Assembly: GCA_035526705.1 (NCBI GenBank)
Contig: DATLBX010000150.1
Span: forward strand, 3,729 to 67,728
DNA: 64,000 nucleotides
Direction: 5' to 3'
Source of the DNA: Acidimicrobiales bacterium
Lineage (GTDB): Bacteria; Actinomycetota; Acidimicrobiia; Acidimicrobiales; JAHWKP01
A program made the position numbers and the translations under genes. Position 1 is the first letter of the stretch, and each line of letters starts with the position of its first letter. The notes under the pieces were generated by a model. That model saw only the letters and a list, made by a program, of their open reading frames with translations. It ran no database searches and had not been told where the DNA came from. Of the stretch, positions 26,738-36,903 are shown piece after piece.

Positions 26738-27838
26738 TTACCTGAACGCCGAGCGGATGCGCCCAATCACCGAGCTGTCCGGAGGCTTTACAGGCTCACC
26801 ACGAGACTCGGCCAACTGGCGCAGCAGGTCCGCCTGTTCGGGCGTGAGGTCGGTGGGCGTCTCCACCATGACCGTGAGCAGCAAGTCTCCGCGGCCCCGG
26901 CGGTGGGGCACGCCCAGGCCACGCAGGCGTATGACCTTGCCCGTTTGGGAGCCAGCGGTCAGTTCGACCTCCTGTGAGCCGTCGAGCGTCTCGACGGACA
27001 GAACGGCCCCGAGGGCGGCCTGGGAAACCGGAACTCGCAACACGTGGACCAAGTCCGCGCCTTCGCGGCGGAATCGCTCGTCGGCCGCGACCCGAAGGTG
27101 CACGTACAGATCGCCGGGCGGACCCCCTCTCGGGCCGACCGCGCCACCTCCGGGGACGCGCAGGACCGACCCGTCATCCACTCCGGGCGGAACCTTGACC
27201 GTCAGAACGCGCTCCTCCACGACGCGTCCCTCGCCCGCGCACTCCGTGCAGGGGCTGGTGACTTCCTCGCCCATTCCACCGCACGTGGGGCACGGTGCAG
27301 ACGTCACCATCTGGCCGAGGATCGATTGGCGGACGCGCCGCACCTCGCCCGACCCGCCGCATCCCGTGCACGTCACCGGGCTGGTGCCGGGACGCGCCCC
27401 GGACCCGCGGCATGTTTCGCACGCCACCGGGGCGCGGACCGTGACGTCCGGCTCGGAGCCGAACACCGCCTCCGCGAACGTGAGTCGGGCCGCGACCTCA
27501 ACGTCGGCTCCCTGCGGGGGCCCACGCCGGGTCACGCCGCCGCCGAACCCTCGGCCGAAGAAGGCCTCGAAGATGTCGCTGACGTCACCGAAATCGACGC
27601 CGCCCGAACGTGCCCCCTGCCGCAGGCCTTCGGCACCGTACGTGTCATAAACCCGGCGCTTCTCCGGGTCGCGCAGCGTCTCGTACGCGAGGGTGACGAG
27701 CTTGAACCGTTCCTCGGCCTCCGGATCGCCGTGACCCGAGTCCGGATGCAACTCGCGGGCCAAACGGCGATAGGCCGCCTTGATCTCCGCGTCCGTGGCG
27801 GCTCGGCCCACGCCGAGCAGCTCGTAAAAGTCCTCCAT
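26738..27838 (-). CDS. dnaJ: Chaperone DnaJ
   Basis: J domain DFYELLGVGRAATDAEIKAAYRRLARELHPD and four CxxCxG zinc motifs. Start ATG 27838 overlaps the hrcA stop by 1 nt; the track start 27988 is inside hrcA. Confidence 0.93.
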   Translation of the reverse strand: MEDFYELLGVGRAATDAEIKAAYRRLARELHPDSGHGDPEAEERFKLVTLAYETLRDPEKRRVYDTYGAEGLRQGARSGGVDFGDVSDIFEAFFGRGFGGGVTRRGPPQGADVEVAARLTFAEAVFGSEPDVTVRAPVACETCRGSGARPGTSPVTCTGCGGSGEVRRVRQSILGQMVTSAPCPTCGGMGEEVTSPCTECAGEGRVVEERVLTVKVPPGVDDGSVLRVPGGGAVGPRGGPPGDLYVHLRVAADERFRREGADLVHVLRVPVSQAALGAVLSVETLDGSQEVELTAGSQTGKVIRLRGLGVPHRRGRGDLLLTVMVETPTDLTPEQADLLRQLAESRGEPVKPPDSSVIGRIRSAFR

Positions 27839-28839
27839 CAGCCGGCGGAGAGTCGTTCCCCGAGGCGTCGGCTGACTACCGCCACCGCAGACAGCGCCTC
27901 GGGGTAATGCATGCGGGTCGGGCCGAGCACGCCGATGGTGCCCAGCCGTTCGCCCTCCACCTCGTAGGGCGCGACGACGATCGAGCACTCCGCGAGCTGT
28001 TGCACGCCATGCTCCGCGCCGATTGCAACGGACACGCCCCTGTCCATCAGATCTTTCAGTAGGCCGACGACTACGTACTGCTGCTCCAGGGTCCGTAGGA
28101 CCTTCCGCACTGTGTCGACCGCCTCGAACGCCTGTGCCATCCGCGACACCCCGCCGACAAAGACGTGATCGGACTCTGCTTCCGGAGCCTCCAGCAGCGC
28201 GGCCAATGCGGTCTTGGCCAAAAGGTCATCCTGCGGGGAACCCAGCGGCGGCACTTCGGCGGTTGCGCCGAACGTCTCTCCGACCAGAGTCTCCGAAAGG
28301 TGCTGCGTCACCCTTGCCAGCGCGTCGGGCGACACGTCTTCGGCGAACTCGACCTGAGCGCGTTCGACCACGCCGTTGGACAGGACGGCGAGCACGAGAC
28401 CGACCCGAGGGCTGAGCCCGACCACCTGGACGCTCCGCACCGTCGCGGCTTCGTGTGAGGGCCCGAGCACGACCGCGGCGTAATCCGTGAGGCCCGCAAG
28501 GAGTTGGGAGGTGTCGGAGAGCATCTGCTCGAGCTGCCCGTGAGCCTTGGCGAAGAACTGACGGACTTGGCTGCGCTTCGACGGGTCGAGGGCCCCGGGG
28601 CCCGACAGCTGATCTACGAAGTAGCGGTAGCCCTTGTCCGTCGGGATGCGCCCCGCCGAGGTGTGCGGTTGGACCAGGTACCCCTCTCGCTCGAGTACGG
28701 CCATCTCGTTCCGAACGGTGGCCGGCGAGACCGCAACCTCGGATGCATTGGCGACGCGCGCCGACCCGACGGGGTCGGCAGTGGAGATGTACTCCTCTAC
28801 AACGGCGCGGAGAATCGCGGCCTTACGGTCATCGAGCAT
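27838..28839 (-). CDS. hrcA: Heat-inducible transcription repressor HrcA
   Basis: N-terminus LDDRKAAILRAVVEEYISTADPVGSARV and conserved hrcA-dnaJ order. Confidence 0.92.
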   Translation of the reverse strand: MLDDRKAAILRAVVEEYISTADPVGSARVANASEVAVSPATVRNEMAVLEREGYLVQPHTSAGRIPTDKGYRYFVDQLSGPGALDPSKRSQVRQFFAKAHGQLEQMLSDTSQLLAGLTDYAAVVLGPSHEAATVRSVQVVGLSPRVGLVLAVLSNGVVERAQVEFAEDVSPDALARVTQHLSETLVGETFGATAEVPPLGSPQDDLLAKTALAALLEAPEAESDHVFVGGVSRMAQAFEAVDTVRKVLRTLEQQYVVVGLLKDLMDRGVSVAIGAEHGVQQLAECSIVVAPYEVEGERLGTIGVLGPTRMHYPEALSAVAVVSRRLGERLSAG

Positions 28840-31231
28840 CTGGACCTTGAAGTTTACGGGTCAGGAGATCGGTGATCCGTGCCTCCGACCGCAGCGACGC
28901 CTCCTGGATCGACGCGATCGCCTCGGGCAGAGCCTCCAGGGCGAGAGCGAGGTCCTCCCGGATGCCGGTTGCGCCGGCCCGTTGCTCGCCGACGATCCAG
29001 GCGAGCTCCGCGATGAGGGTTTCGACTCGCTCGTGCCGCGTGCGGGACTCCTCGAGAACGGCGCCGAGTTCGGCAGAGATCCGGGGCGGGACGGTTTCCA
29101 TCAACTCACTCAGATGCGACGTGAGCTGGTCCCGCGTGGAGAGGAGGGCATCGGAGTGCGCCGAAGCCTGGGACTTCAGGGAGTCGCCGAGTGACCTGGA
29201 CTGCGCTTCGACCGCCCCGGTAAGCGCCTCCGAGGTCGAGTCGAGCGTTTCGACCAGCTCCTTCGAGGTTTGGCCGACTGTTTCGACCAGCTTCTTCGAG
29301 GTGAGGTCGACCGCTTCGACCAACTCCTTCGAGGCGAGGTCGACCGTTTCGACCAGTTGGCGCGAGGTGGACTCGAGGGTGCCCTCGAGCGCCTTGGAAG
29401 ACGACTCGACACTCCGGGACAACGTCGTGGAGCTCGACTCGATTGTCTCAGCGAGTTCCGCGGAACGAGACTCGAACGCTTCGGTGAGAGCCGTCGACCG
29501 GGATTCGAGCGCGTCACCGACAGCCGTCGCGTTCGCATCGAGGGCAGCGGCCATCACCTCGGCATGAGATGCCAGCGCCGCCTCGTGCGTCGAGGTCTGC
29601 ACTTCGATTTGGCCGGTGAGACGATCGAGATTCTCCGTCGCCGCCGACAGCACGGACTCCTGCGATCGGCGCTGCGCGTCGGTCGAGGACCGAACCCGCT
29701 CCAATTCCTCGGCGACTGAGTCGAGGCGAGCCACCACACCCTCGGCCTGGCCCGCCACCACTTCCGTCAGGTGGTGCGTGGTCTCGGCCAATGCCTCCTG
29801 GTGCGGCAACACGATGGACTCCATTCGCTCGCCGAGGCGCTGTTCCAATTCAGCGGTCAGAGCCAGCGCACCTTCCTGCTGGCCCGCGCGGAGTTCCCGG
29901 GCCACCACGTCGAACGCGTCACGCAGCTCGATCGCGGCCTGGGCCTGCGGTTCGATGGCCATGTGAACCTGAGCGCTGATTCGCTCCGCCGCCTCGTCGA
30001 ACGCGTCGCGGAGCTCGCGCGATACCTGGAGTTGCGGCTCGAGCGTGCGCTCGAACTCCTGGCCCAGCCGGTTGAGGTCACCCGCGAGCGCGGCGGCATC
30101 CTCCTGCCGGGCTGCGTGCAGGTCCTGCACGAGCTCTTCGATCGAGCCGCGCAACGCGGACGAGGCTTGGAGCTGCGGCTCCAGGACTGTCTCGACACGA
30201 GCTCCCAACCGCTCATCCAACCCGGCAGCGAGGGTGCCGGCCTGCTCCACCTGGAAGGTCCGCATTTCGTTCACCGCTCCGTCCAAAGCGGCCTTCAGCT
30301 CCGCGGCAGCCTCGTCTTGAGCCTCTCGGAGCTCCCGCATCATCGTGTTGAGGCGCTGAGCCTGCGCCGCCTGCGCCCTTTCGAAAGCGACGGTCACGGC
30401 TTCTTCGGCTACCTCGCTGAAGCCGGACACTGAAGCAGCCATTCGCTCAGCGGTCGCCGACAGCTCCGCGGTAGCCGATCGCTGCCGGTTCAGGCCCGCA
30501 TCGAGGGATCGACCCAAACCCGACGCGAGGTCCTGCATCGCCTCCGCCTGAACGTCGTGCGACCTCTGAACGGAATCGGAGATGACGGTGCCGATGCGGC
30601 CCGGCAGCTCGCTCGCCATCTCGTTCAGCCGCAGGGCCGAAAGCTTCTCGTCGATCATTTCGAGCAGGACCGAGTGCTGGCGAGCGACGTTCTCCGAAAG
30701 GCCGGCTCGCAGCTCCACCAGGACTTCGTCGAGACGGTCGAGGCTGTTCTGACGCGACAACTCGGAACGCTTGCCGCGCTCCACCAGCTCGCCCACGAGC
30801 TCGCGGACTTCGTGCAGTCCCTTGTCGATCGTCGGAAGCGCGTTCTCGAGCCCGTCGATGACCGCTGATGCGACTGCCGGGGGCAGGCGGCGGCTCAGCT
30901 CCGCGGGGTCGTAACCCGCAAGTCGATTCTCGACGGCTTGTACGAGGCGCGCGTCGTGCTCCGCCATCGCGCCGGTGATGTCGTCGCGCACGGCATCCAG
31001 ACCGAGCCTCACCGATTCCATCTGCGATCGGTAAGACGACTCCGCGACCTCGGTGACGGTCTTCGCAAGGGAGGCGCTGACTTGTTCGAGCCGGCTCAGC
31101 TGGTCGGGCAGGAGCTCCTGAGTGCGACTCTGCAGCTCTGCGACCACGGCGTCGACCGCGGTCCGAGCGAGATCGAGCATCTCGGCCGGCGTGATGTCGT
31201 AACGGCGGCGGGCGACCGGCACTCGTGCCAT
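28829..31231 (-). CDS. 800-aa Ala/Glu/Leu/Ser-rich coiled-coil protein with hendecad (11-residue) repeats
   Basis: No TM segment, no Cys or Trp-rich core, and continuous helical repeats such as LVETVDLASKE-LVEAVDLTSKK-LVETVGQTSKE-LVETLDSTSEA. The stop overlaps the hrcA start by 11 nt. Confidence 0.75.
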   Translation of the reverse strand: MARVPVARRRYDITPAEMLDLARTAVDAVVAELQSRTQELLPDQLSRLEQVSASLAKTVTEVAESSYRSQMESVRLGLDAVRDDITGAMAEHDARLVQAVENRLAGYDPAELSRRLPPAVASAVIDGLENALPTIDKGLHEVRELVGELVERGKRSELSRQNSLDRLDEVLVELRAGLSENVARQHSVLLEMIDEKLSALRLNEMASELPGRIGTVISDSVQRSHDVQAEAMQDLASGLGRSLDAGLNRQRSATAELSATAERMAASVSGFSEVAEEAVTVAFERAQAAQAQRLNTMMRELREAQDEAAAELKAALDGAVNEMRTFQVEQAGTLAAGLDERLGARVETVLEPQLQASSALRGSIEELVQDLHAARQEDAAALAGDLNRLGQEFERTLEPQLQVSRELRDAFDEAAERISAQVHMAIEPQAQAAIELRDAFDVVARELRAGQQEGALALTAELEQRLGERMESIVLPHQEALAETTHHLTEVVAGQAEGVVARLDSVAEELERVRSSTDAQRRSQESVLSAATENLDRLTGQIEVQTSTHEAALASHAEVMAAALDANATAVGDALESRSTALTEAFESRSAELAETIESSSTTLSRSVESSSKALEGTLESTSRQLVETVDLASKELVEAVDLTSKKLVETVGQTSKELVETLDSTSEALTGAVEAQSRSLGDSLKSQASAHSDALLSTRDQLTSHLSELMETVPPRISAELGAVLEESRTRHERVETLIAELAWIVGEQRAGATGIREDLALALEALPEAIASIQEASLRSEARITDLLTRKLQGPDAR
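29248..29379. repeat. Four tandem 33-bp units inside the coiled-coil gene
   Basis: TTTCGACCAGCTCCTTCGAGGT...-type units at 29248-29280, 29281-29313, 29314-29346 and 29347-29379. Each encodes one 11-residue repeat, with more degenerate copies on both sides. Confidence 0.85.
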
Positions 31232-31247
31232 CGTAGGGCGAGGACCC

Positions 31248-32738
31248 GTGCGATCGGGGTATCCGCGACAGACTCAGCGGGCCATGGAAGACCCGCTCCT
31301 CAGCCCCAGGACAGTCGCCCGACTCGGAGGCCTTCTTTTCGTTATCGGTGCGGCCGCGATGGTGCCGCTGGCCGTCCTGAGCCCCGACTCGGTGGACCGC
31401 CGCGCCACGCTTGCGGGGGTCGCCATCGCTTCCCTGGCGACGGGCCTCGCGGCGATGGTCCTGCCCTGGGATCGCTGGCCTCGGTGGGCCACTCTGGTCC
31501 TTGCCCCCCTGGCAGGCACCGTCATCGCATTTGCGAACTCGCTGAGTCCCGACCCGTGGCTTTACGCCATATTCCTGCTGCTCGTATTCGGCTGGATCGG
31601 TGTCGCGCACCGCCCCGGAACCTCGGTGAGGTTGATCGTCATCGTGATGGCGGTTTATCTCCTGCCTGCGTTCCTCGACCGGGCCACGCGCGTCGAATCG
31701 CTTCGCGCCACCCTCGTGGTCGCCCCCGTTTGCTTGATCATCGGTGAGGGCCTCGCCCAGGTCGTCCGCCGGCTACGGGAGGCTGAGGCGCTCAATGTGG
31801 CGCGCCTTCGAGATCTGCAGGCGCTCGTCGACGCAACCATTCGGATGGCCCGCGTCAGCGAACCACGGCAGACCGCCAACCTCGTCGCCGAGCTCGCTGT
31901 CAACCTGCTCGGCGCATCCTCTTCGTTGGTCATGCTCTCCCCCTCCGAAGGCGGGATGCAGCCCGCCGGTTCGCACCGTTGGGAGCTGGGCGTCGAGGGC
32001 GCGCACGAACTCGAGGAGGGCGCCGACCGCGCCCTCCTCACGGGCGAAATCACCCGGCGGGCGGACGGCAGCCTGGCGTTCATTCCTTTGATCAGCACCG
32101 CCGGGCCTCAGGGTTTGATCATCCTGACCGGGGTGGCCGGGCATGAGCGACTGCTCGACACGTTCACGTCCGGCCTGGCCCGCACGTTCGCCACTCAGGC
32201 CACCGTCGCGTTCGAGCGTGTGCGGGCTACGCAATCACTGGTCGACGCTTCGTTCCGCGACCCGCTCACCGGCGTCGGCAACCGCCGACGGGCCGACACC
32301 GCTCTGGAGTCGGCAGCCACGGGCGATGCCGTTGCCATAGTCGATCTCGACAACTTCAAAGCGGTGAACGACACGCACGGGCACCAGGCCGGCGACCAGG
32401 TGCTCCAGAACCTGGCCCGTCTCCTGGCGGGCAGCGTTCGGGAGGTGGATGTCGTGGCGCGCTTCGGCGGTGAAGAGTTCCTGCTCATCCTCCGCGGCGT
32501 CGGCACGAAGGCCCTCGCCGCGATGGAACGGTTGGCGGAATGGTGGCGCACCAACGGACAGGCCACTACCTGGAGCGCGGGGATCGCGGTGAAGCGGGCC
32601 GAGGAGCCGCCGGCCGAAACTCTGGCCCGGGCGGACGCCGCGCTGTATCAGGCAAAAGCGGGCGGCCGCGACCTCGTAATCCTCAGCCCTGAACCGGAGC
32701 CGGAGCCGCAGAACGACCCGTCACTCGTCGAGGCGTAA
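31248..32738 (+). CDS. Membrane-anchored diguanylate cyclase (multi-TM, GAF-like linker, GGDEF)
   Basis: About 5-6 N-terminal TM helices. GGDEF domain [13 protein letters not shown]...[20 protein letters not shown]...[12 protein letters not shown], with an intact GGEEF A-site and an RxxD I-site (REVD) five residues upstream. Alternative start at ATG 31284. Confidence 0.88.
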   Translation: MRSGYPRQTQRAMEDPLLSPRTVARLGGLLFVIGAAAMVPLAVLSPDSVDRRATLAGVAIASLATGLAAMVLPWDRWPRWATLVLAPLAGTVIAFANSLSPDPWLYAIFLLLVFGWIGVAHRPGTSVRLIVIVMAVYLLPAFLDRATRVESLRATLVVAPVCLIIGEGLAQVVRRLREAEALNVARLRDLQALVDATIRMARVSEPRQTANLVAELAVNLLGASSSLVMLSPSEGGMQPAGSHRWELGVEGAHELEEGADRALLTGEITRRADGSLAFIPLISTAGPQGLIILTGVAGHERLLDTFTSGLARTFATQATVAFERVRATQSLVDASFRDPLTGVGNRRRADTALESAATGDAVAIVDLDNFKAVNDTHGHQAGDQVLQNLARLLAGSVREVDVVARFGGEEFLLILRGVGTKALAAMERLAEWWRTNGQATTWSAGIAVKRAEEPPAETLARADAALYQAKAGGRDLVILSPEPEPEPQNDPSLVEA

Positions 32739-34505
32739 CGCGGCGACGAAGGCCTCTTGCGGGACATCGACGCGGCCGATCGACTTCATCCGCTTCTTTC
32801 CTTCCCGTTGCTTCTCCAGCAGCTTGCGCTTACGCGTGATGTCGCCGCCGTAGCACTTGGCGATGACGTCCTTTCGGGTTGCCTTCACGGTCTCTCGTGC
32901 GATGACCCGGCCGCCGATCGTCGCCTGGATCGCCACATCGAAGGCCTGGCGCGGGATCAGCTGACGCAGCCGCTCAGCCATTCGGCGGCCGTATTCCGTG
33001 GACTTCTGGCGATGCACCACCGTTGAAAACGCATCCACCGGCGATCCGTTCAGCAGTACGTCGACCTTCACCAGGTCGGACTTCTCGTAGCCCGCCGGCT
33101 CGTAATCCAGACTGGCGTATCCCTTCGTGCGACTCTTCAGTTGGTCGAAGAAGTCGACGACCACCTCCGCCAAGGGCAGGTGGTACACGAGCTCCAGTCG
33201 CTCGGGCGACAAGTACTCCATGCGCGTCATCTCCGCTCGACGCGCCTGGCAGAGCTCCATCACAGTTCCGGTGTATTCCGCAGGCATCAGGATCGTCACG
33301 TCCAGAAACGGTTCCGCGATGTGGTCGATCTTGGACGCATCCGGCATATCGGAAGGGTTGTCGACCTCCTGGACCGAGCCGTCCATGAGGTGCGCCTGGT
33401 ACTCCACCGACGGCGCCGTGGCGATCAGGGAGAGCCCGAACTCACGCTCGAGGCGCTCGCGGACGATCTCCATGTGCAGCAAGCCGAGAAACCCGCACCG
33501 AAACCCGAAGCCCAGCGCTCCCGATGTCTCCGGCTCCCAAGTGAACGACGCGTCGTCGATTCGCAACTTTTCCAGAGAGTCCCGAAGCTCGGCGTATTCG
33601 TCGCCGTCCACCGGATACAGACCGCAGAACACCATCGGCTTCGGCTCCCGGTAGCCCGGCAGGGGCTCGGCTTGCCGGCGTGCTTCGGTAACCGTCTCAC
33701 CCGAGCGCGCCTGGCCGACGTCCTTGATGCCCGCTATCAGGTATCCGACCTCGCCGGGGCCCAGCGATGCCACCGGCGTCGGCACCGGGAGTCGCACGCC
33801 GATTTCCTCGACCTCGTGCGTTGACCCGGCCTGCATGAACTTCAGCCGAGCGCCCGCGTCGAGTGTGCCGTTCATGACGCGAATCGCAGACACGACGCCG
33901 CGGTAGCTGTCGTAGTACGAGTCGAAGATCAGAGCCTGAAGGGGGGCTTCGGAATCTCCCTTCGGCGGAGGGATCCGCTCGACAATTGCATCGAGCAGCT
34001 CGTCGACCCCCTCCCCAGTCTTGGCGGAGATGCGCAGAATCTCCTCCTTACCGATCCCGAGCACGTTCTCGATCTCGAGGGCACGCGTCTCGGGGTCGGC
34101 GGCGGGAAGGTCGATCTTGTTCAGCGCCGTGACGATCGTGAGGTTCGACTCGACGGCGAGGTAGGCGTTGGCCAATGTCTGAGCTTCGATCCCCTGCGCC
34201 GCGTCCACGAGCAACACCACCCCCTCACACGCGGCGAGCGACCTCGACACCTCATATCCGAAGTCGACGTGGCCCGGAGTATCGATCAGGTGGAGGACGT
34301 GGCCCTTCCAGTTGAGGCGGACGTTCTGGGCCTTGATGGTGATGCCGCGCTCACGCTCCAGCTCCATCGAGTCGAGGTACTGCTCGCGCATGTCTCGAGG
34401 GTCGACCGCGCCACATCGCTCGAGGAGCCGGTCCGCCAGCGTGGACTTCCCGTGATCGATATGGGCGATCACGGAGAGGTTGCGGATGTGGGACGTGTCG
34501 AACAT
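32721..34505 (-). CDS. lepA: Translation elongation factor 4 (LepA)
   Basis: [30 protein letters not shown] and the LepA C-terminal domain. Start moved to ATG 34505 (MFDTSHIRN). Confidence 0.95.
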   Translation of the reverse strand: MFDTSHIRNLSVIAHIDHGKSTLADRLLERCGAVDPRDMREQYLDSMELERERGITIKAQNVRLNWKGHVLHLIDTPGHVDFGYEVSRSLAACEGVVLLVDAAQGIEAQTLANAYLAVESNLTIVTALNKIDLPAADPETRALEIENVLGIGKEEILRISAKTGEGVDELLDAIVERIPPPKGDSEAPLQALIFDSYYDSYRGVVSAIRVMNGTLDAGARLKFMQAGSTHEVEEIGVRLPVPTPVASLGPGEVGYLIAGIKDVGQARSGETVTEARRQAEPLPGYREPKPMVFCGLYPVDGDEYAELRDSLEKLRIDDASFTWEPETSGALGFGFRCGFLGLLHMEIVRERLEREFGLSLIATAPSVEYQAHLMDGSVQEVDNPSDMPDASKIDHIAEPFLDVTILMPAEYTGTVMELCQARRAEMTRMEYLSPERLELVYHLPLAEVVVDFFDQLKSRTKGYASLDYEPAGYEKSDLVKVDVLLNGSPVDAFSTVVHRQKSTEYGRRMAERLRQLIPRQAFDVAIQATIGGRVIARETVKATRKDVIAKCYGGDITRKRKLLEKQREGKKRMKSIGRVDVPQEAFVAALRLDE

Positions 34506-34626
34506 GAGCAAGGAATCGTGACAGCTATGCCTGTGGCTCCTGGCGCAAGCGCTCCTCACCTGCGGCGGGGACCCCACCGTCGCCGCCTGTCAACGGGTGC
34601 GAGCTAAATGTGGCCTGGCCGGGTTC

Positions 34627-36711
34627 CTACGCCAGTAACGCCGGGCCCGAAGCCTCTCTCTGCAGCAATACGCGGGTCAGGTCGTCGGCGGGCGTGGGAC
34701 GGCCGAGCCAGAAACCCTGGGCGACCTCACAGCCGAGTTTGGCGAGCTGGTCCCACACCGCCTGGTCCTCGACGCCTTCCGCCACGGTGCGCTTGCCCAG
34801 GTGGCGGGCCAGGTCGATGGTCGAGCGCACGATCGCCGCGTCGTTCGCGTCGACGCACATGGTCGTGACGAAGCTCTTGTCGATCTTCAGCTCGTCTACC
34901 GGCAGGTTCTTGAGGTAGCTCAGGGAGGAGTAGCCGGTACCGAAATCGTCGAGAGCGATCTCGACCCCCATGTTTCGCAGGATCTGCAGGACCCGCGACA
35001 CCCGCGTCGGATCGGCCATCACGGTGCCCTCGGTGATTTCGAGCTGGAGCGATGAGGCCGGCACTCCGGTCTCGTCGAGCAATCGGCGGACGTCGCGGGG
35101 AAAAGTGCCGTCGTGCAGGTTCCGCACCGAAAGGTTGACGGCCACTGTGAGGCTGAGCCCGAGGTCGTGCCACCGGCGGCACTGCTTCAATGCGCGCTCC
35201 AACACGTAAAGAGTCAGCGAGCGGGACAGCCCCGTGCGCTCCGCGAGCGGGATGAACGCGTCCGGGGCGAGCAGGCCCCGCAACGGGTGCGCCCACCGCA
35301 ACAGCACCTCGGCTCCGACGATCACACCGTCGGAGATGCGCGCCTTGGGTTGGTAATGCAGCACGCACTCCTCACCTTCGAGAGCGCGCCTCAACTCGCC
35401 GAGCATGGTGAGCTTCTCCGGGCTGTACGGATCCCGGCCCGCGTTGTAGATCTCGGCGCCCCGGCGCGATTCCTTCGCGAGGTACATAGCCACATCCGCT
35501 CGGCGCACCAGCGTGTCGACGTCCGTGCCGTGCTCCGGATAGAGGGCGATCCCCATCGAGGCTTCGATGTCGAGAGAAAGACCCGAGAGGGGGAAGGGCT
35601 GTTCCAGTCCTTCGAGGATCTGGCCGCCCCGTTCCAATGCGGCTGCCGCGTCGGGCACGCCATTCAGCAGGATGCCGAACTCGTCTCCGCCGAAGCGAGC
35701 CAGGAGATCCCCCTCGGCCAGTGTGCTGCTCAAGCGCGGTCCGATTTGTTCCAGCAGTTGGTCGCCGACCTGGTGACCGAGCGTGTCATTGACCTCCTTG
35801 AAGCGGTCGAGATCGATGAGCATCACTGCGAGGCCGCGACCACCCACGGCCGGCGCGGGCCCGTCGTCGCCGATCAGGATGCTCGCCGCCTCGTGAAACC
35901 ACGCTCGGTTGTTGAGCCCAGTCAGCCGGTCCGTGAAGGCCTGCCTGTCGCGCTCGCTGAGGGCGCGAGCCGCGAAATACACGGCGCCGACGGGAACGAG
36001 CAAAAGCGGCACCAGGAACAGGCTGTGGTCCGACGCGACAAGCAGAACTGGCGCGAGGATCACCATCATCAAGGTCGACGTGCCGTGCAGCACGAGGTCG
36101 GGCCCGACCAGCGACGTCAGAGGAAGGCCCTGGTGAAGAGCCAACGCTCCGGCAACGGCGAAGTGATTCACCGCGAAGATCACCAGTGCCGCCAACGCGA
36201 TGATCGGAAGGTCGCGCGGCGAGGCGAACATGCGCGTGTGGCCGTCAGGGTCGAGCAGGGAAAGTGCGCTGGCGCCCGCGCCGAGAGCCAACGCCGCCTG
36301 CAGGCCGTTGAACAGCCCGCGCCACAGGGGCTTGCGCTGAAGTAGGTCCGCCACCACCCCCGCGCCGGCCGCGACGGCGAGGGCCGGTCCGGGCCCGCCT
36401 GCCAGAAGGAGCGCGAAGACGAAGCTCAGCGAGACATTCAATTCGAACCCTCGAAGAAGCCGGATGGGCAGCAGTTCGGTCAGCAACGCCAGGACGGCGA
36501 AGAGCGCTACCCGCGCCGGATCCACTGGGCCGTCGGAGCTGGACGCGAGCCCGGCCGCGAGCATGATCGCTCCGCCCAGCATCACGACAGTGACGTAAGC
36601 GCGCAGAGCCAGCCGGTTGCGCGGTGGCGGGCTGGAGGCCGGGACATCCAGCAACGCGGGGAGCGGTCCGGAGACATGGGACCCTCTTCGCTCCGGTAAC
36701 AGGCGGTTCAT
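34627..36711 (-). CDS. Multi-TM sensor GGDEF-EAL protein
   Basis: About 8 N-terminal TM helices. GGDEF (DRLTGLNNRAWF...ARFGGDEFGILL, no RxxD I-site). EAL domain (LHYQPK...GAEVLLRW...LEITEG...DDFGTGYSSLSYL...KIDKSF...VAEGVED). Confidence 0.92.
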   Translation of the reverse strand: MNRLLPERRGSHVSGPLPALLDVPASSPPPRNRLALRAYVTVVMLGGAIMLAAGLASSSDGPVDPARVALFAVLALLTELLPIRLLRGFELNVSLSFVFALLLAGGPGPALAVAAGAGVVADLLQRKPLWRGLFNGLQAALALGAGASALSLLDPDGHTRMFASPRDLPIIALAALVIFAVNHFAVAGALALHQGLPLTSLVGPDLVLHGTSTLMMVILAPVLLVASDHSLFLVPLLLVPVGAVYFAARALSERDRQAFTDRLTGLNNRAWFHEAASILIGDDGPAPAVGGRGLAVMLIDLDRFKEVNDTLGHQVGDQLLEQIGPRLSSTLAEGDLLARFGGDEFGILLNGVPDAAAALERGGQILEGLEQPFPLSGLSLDIEASMGIALYPEHGTDVDTLVRRADVAMYLAKESRRGAEIYNAGRDPYSPEKLTMLGELRRALEGEECVLHYQPKARISDGVIVGAEVLLRWAHPLRGLLAPDAFIPLAERTGLSRSLTLYVLERALKQCRRWHDLGLSLTVAVNLSVRNLHDGTFPRDVRRLLDETGVPASSLQLEITEGTVMADPTRVSRVLQILRNMGVEIALDDFGTGYSSLSYLKNLPVDELKIDKSFVTTMCVDANDAAIVRSTIDLARHLGKRTVAEGVEDQAVWDQLAKLGCEVAQGFWLGRPTPADDLTRVLLQREASGPALLA

Positions 36712-36721
36712 TCTGGTCCGT

Positions 36722-36780
36722 TCGCGAGGACGCTCAACGTGAGTCCCATCGCGAGGACGCCCCGGGGCGAACCCCGGGGC
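36722..36780 (-). promoter_or_regulatory. 5' region of the GGDEF-EAL gene: two perfect 12-nt direct repeats plus a GC hairpin with a UUCG loop
   Basis: TCGCGAGGACGC at 36722-36733 and 36749-36760 (plus strand). Hairpin GCCCCGGGG-CGAA-CCCCGGGGC at 36759-36780, which has a UUCG tetraloop on the minus-strand RNA and no U-tract. Confidence 0.4.
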
Positions 36781-36807
36781 GGTCTCAGATTTGATCGGTC
36801 GTAGCCC

Positions 36808-36903
36808 CTAGCCGATGAACCATTTGATGGGAGCCCCGAAGAGCACCGCCATCGTGGCGAGGGACGCGACCGCTACGGCGAGCCTGAAAAGACGTGCACG
36901 CAT
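36808..36903 (-). CDS. Small hydrophobic protein, 31 aa; absent from the ORF track, which lists nothing shorter than 60 aa
   Basis: GGAGGAGG-TAATCGA-ATG (strong SD, 7-nt spacer). Encodes MRARLFRLAVAVASLATMAVLFGAPIKWFIG: a basic N-terminus plus one TM-length hydrophobic stretch. Confidence 0.5.
   Translation of the reverse strand: MRARLFRLAVAVASLATMAVLFGAPIKWFIG

Noticed and set aside
30447-31610. 387-aa minus-strand ORF, plus the 30938..31747 plus-strand ORF
   Set aside because: Off-frame or antisense to the coiled-coil gene and the GGEEF cyclase; Arg/Gly/Pro-rich.
35113-36345. 410-aa plus-strand ORF
   Set aside because: Antisense to the GGDEF-EAL gene 34627..36711.
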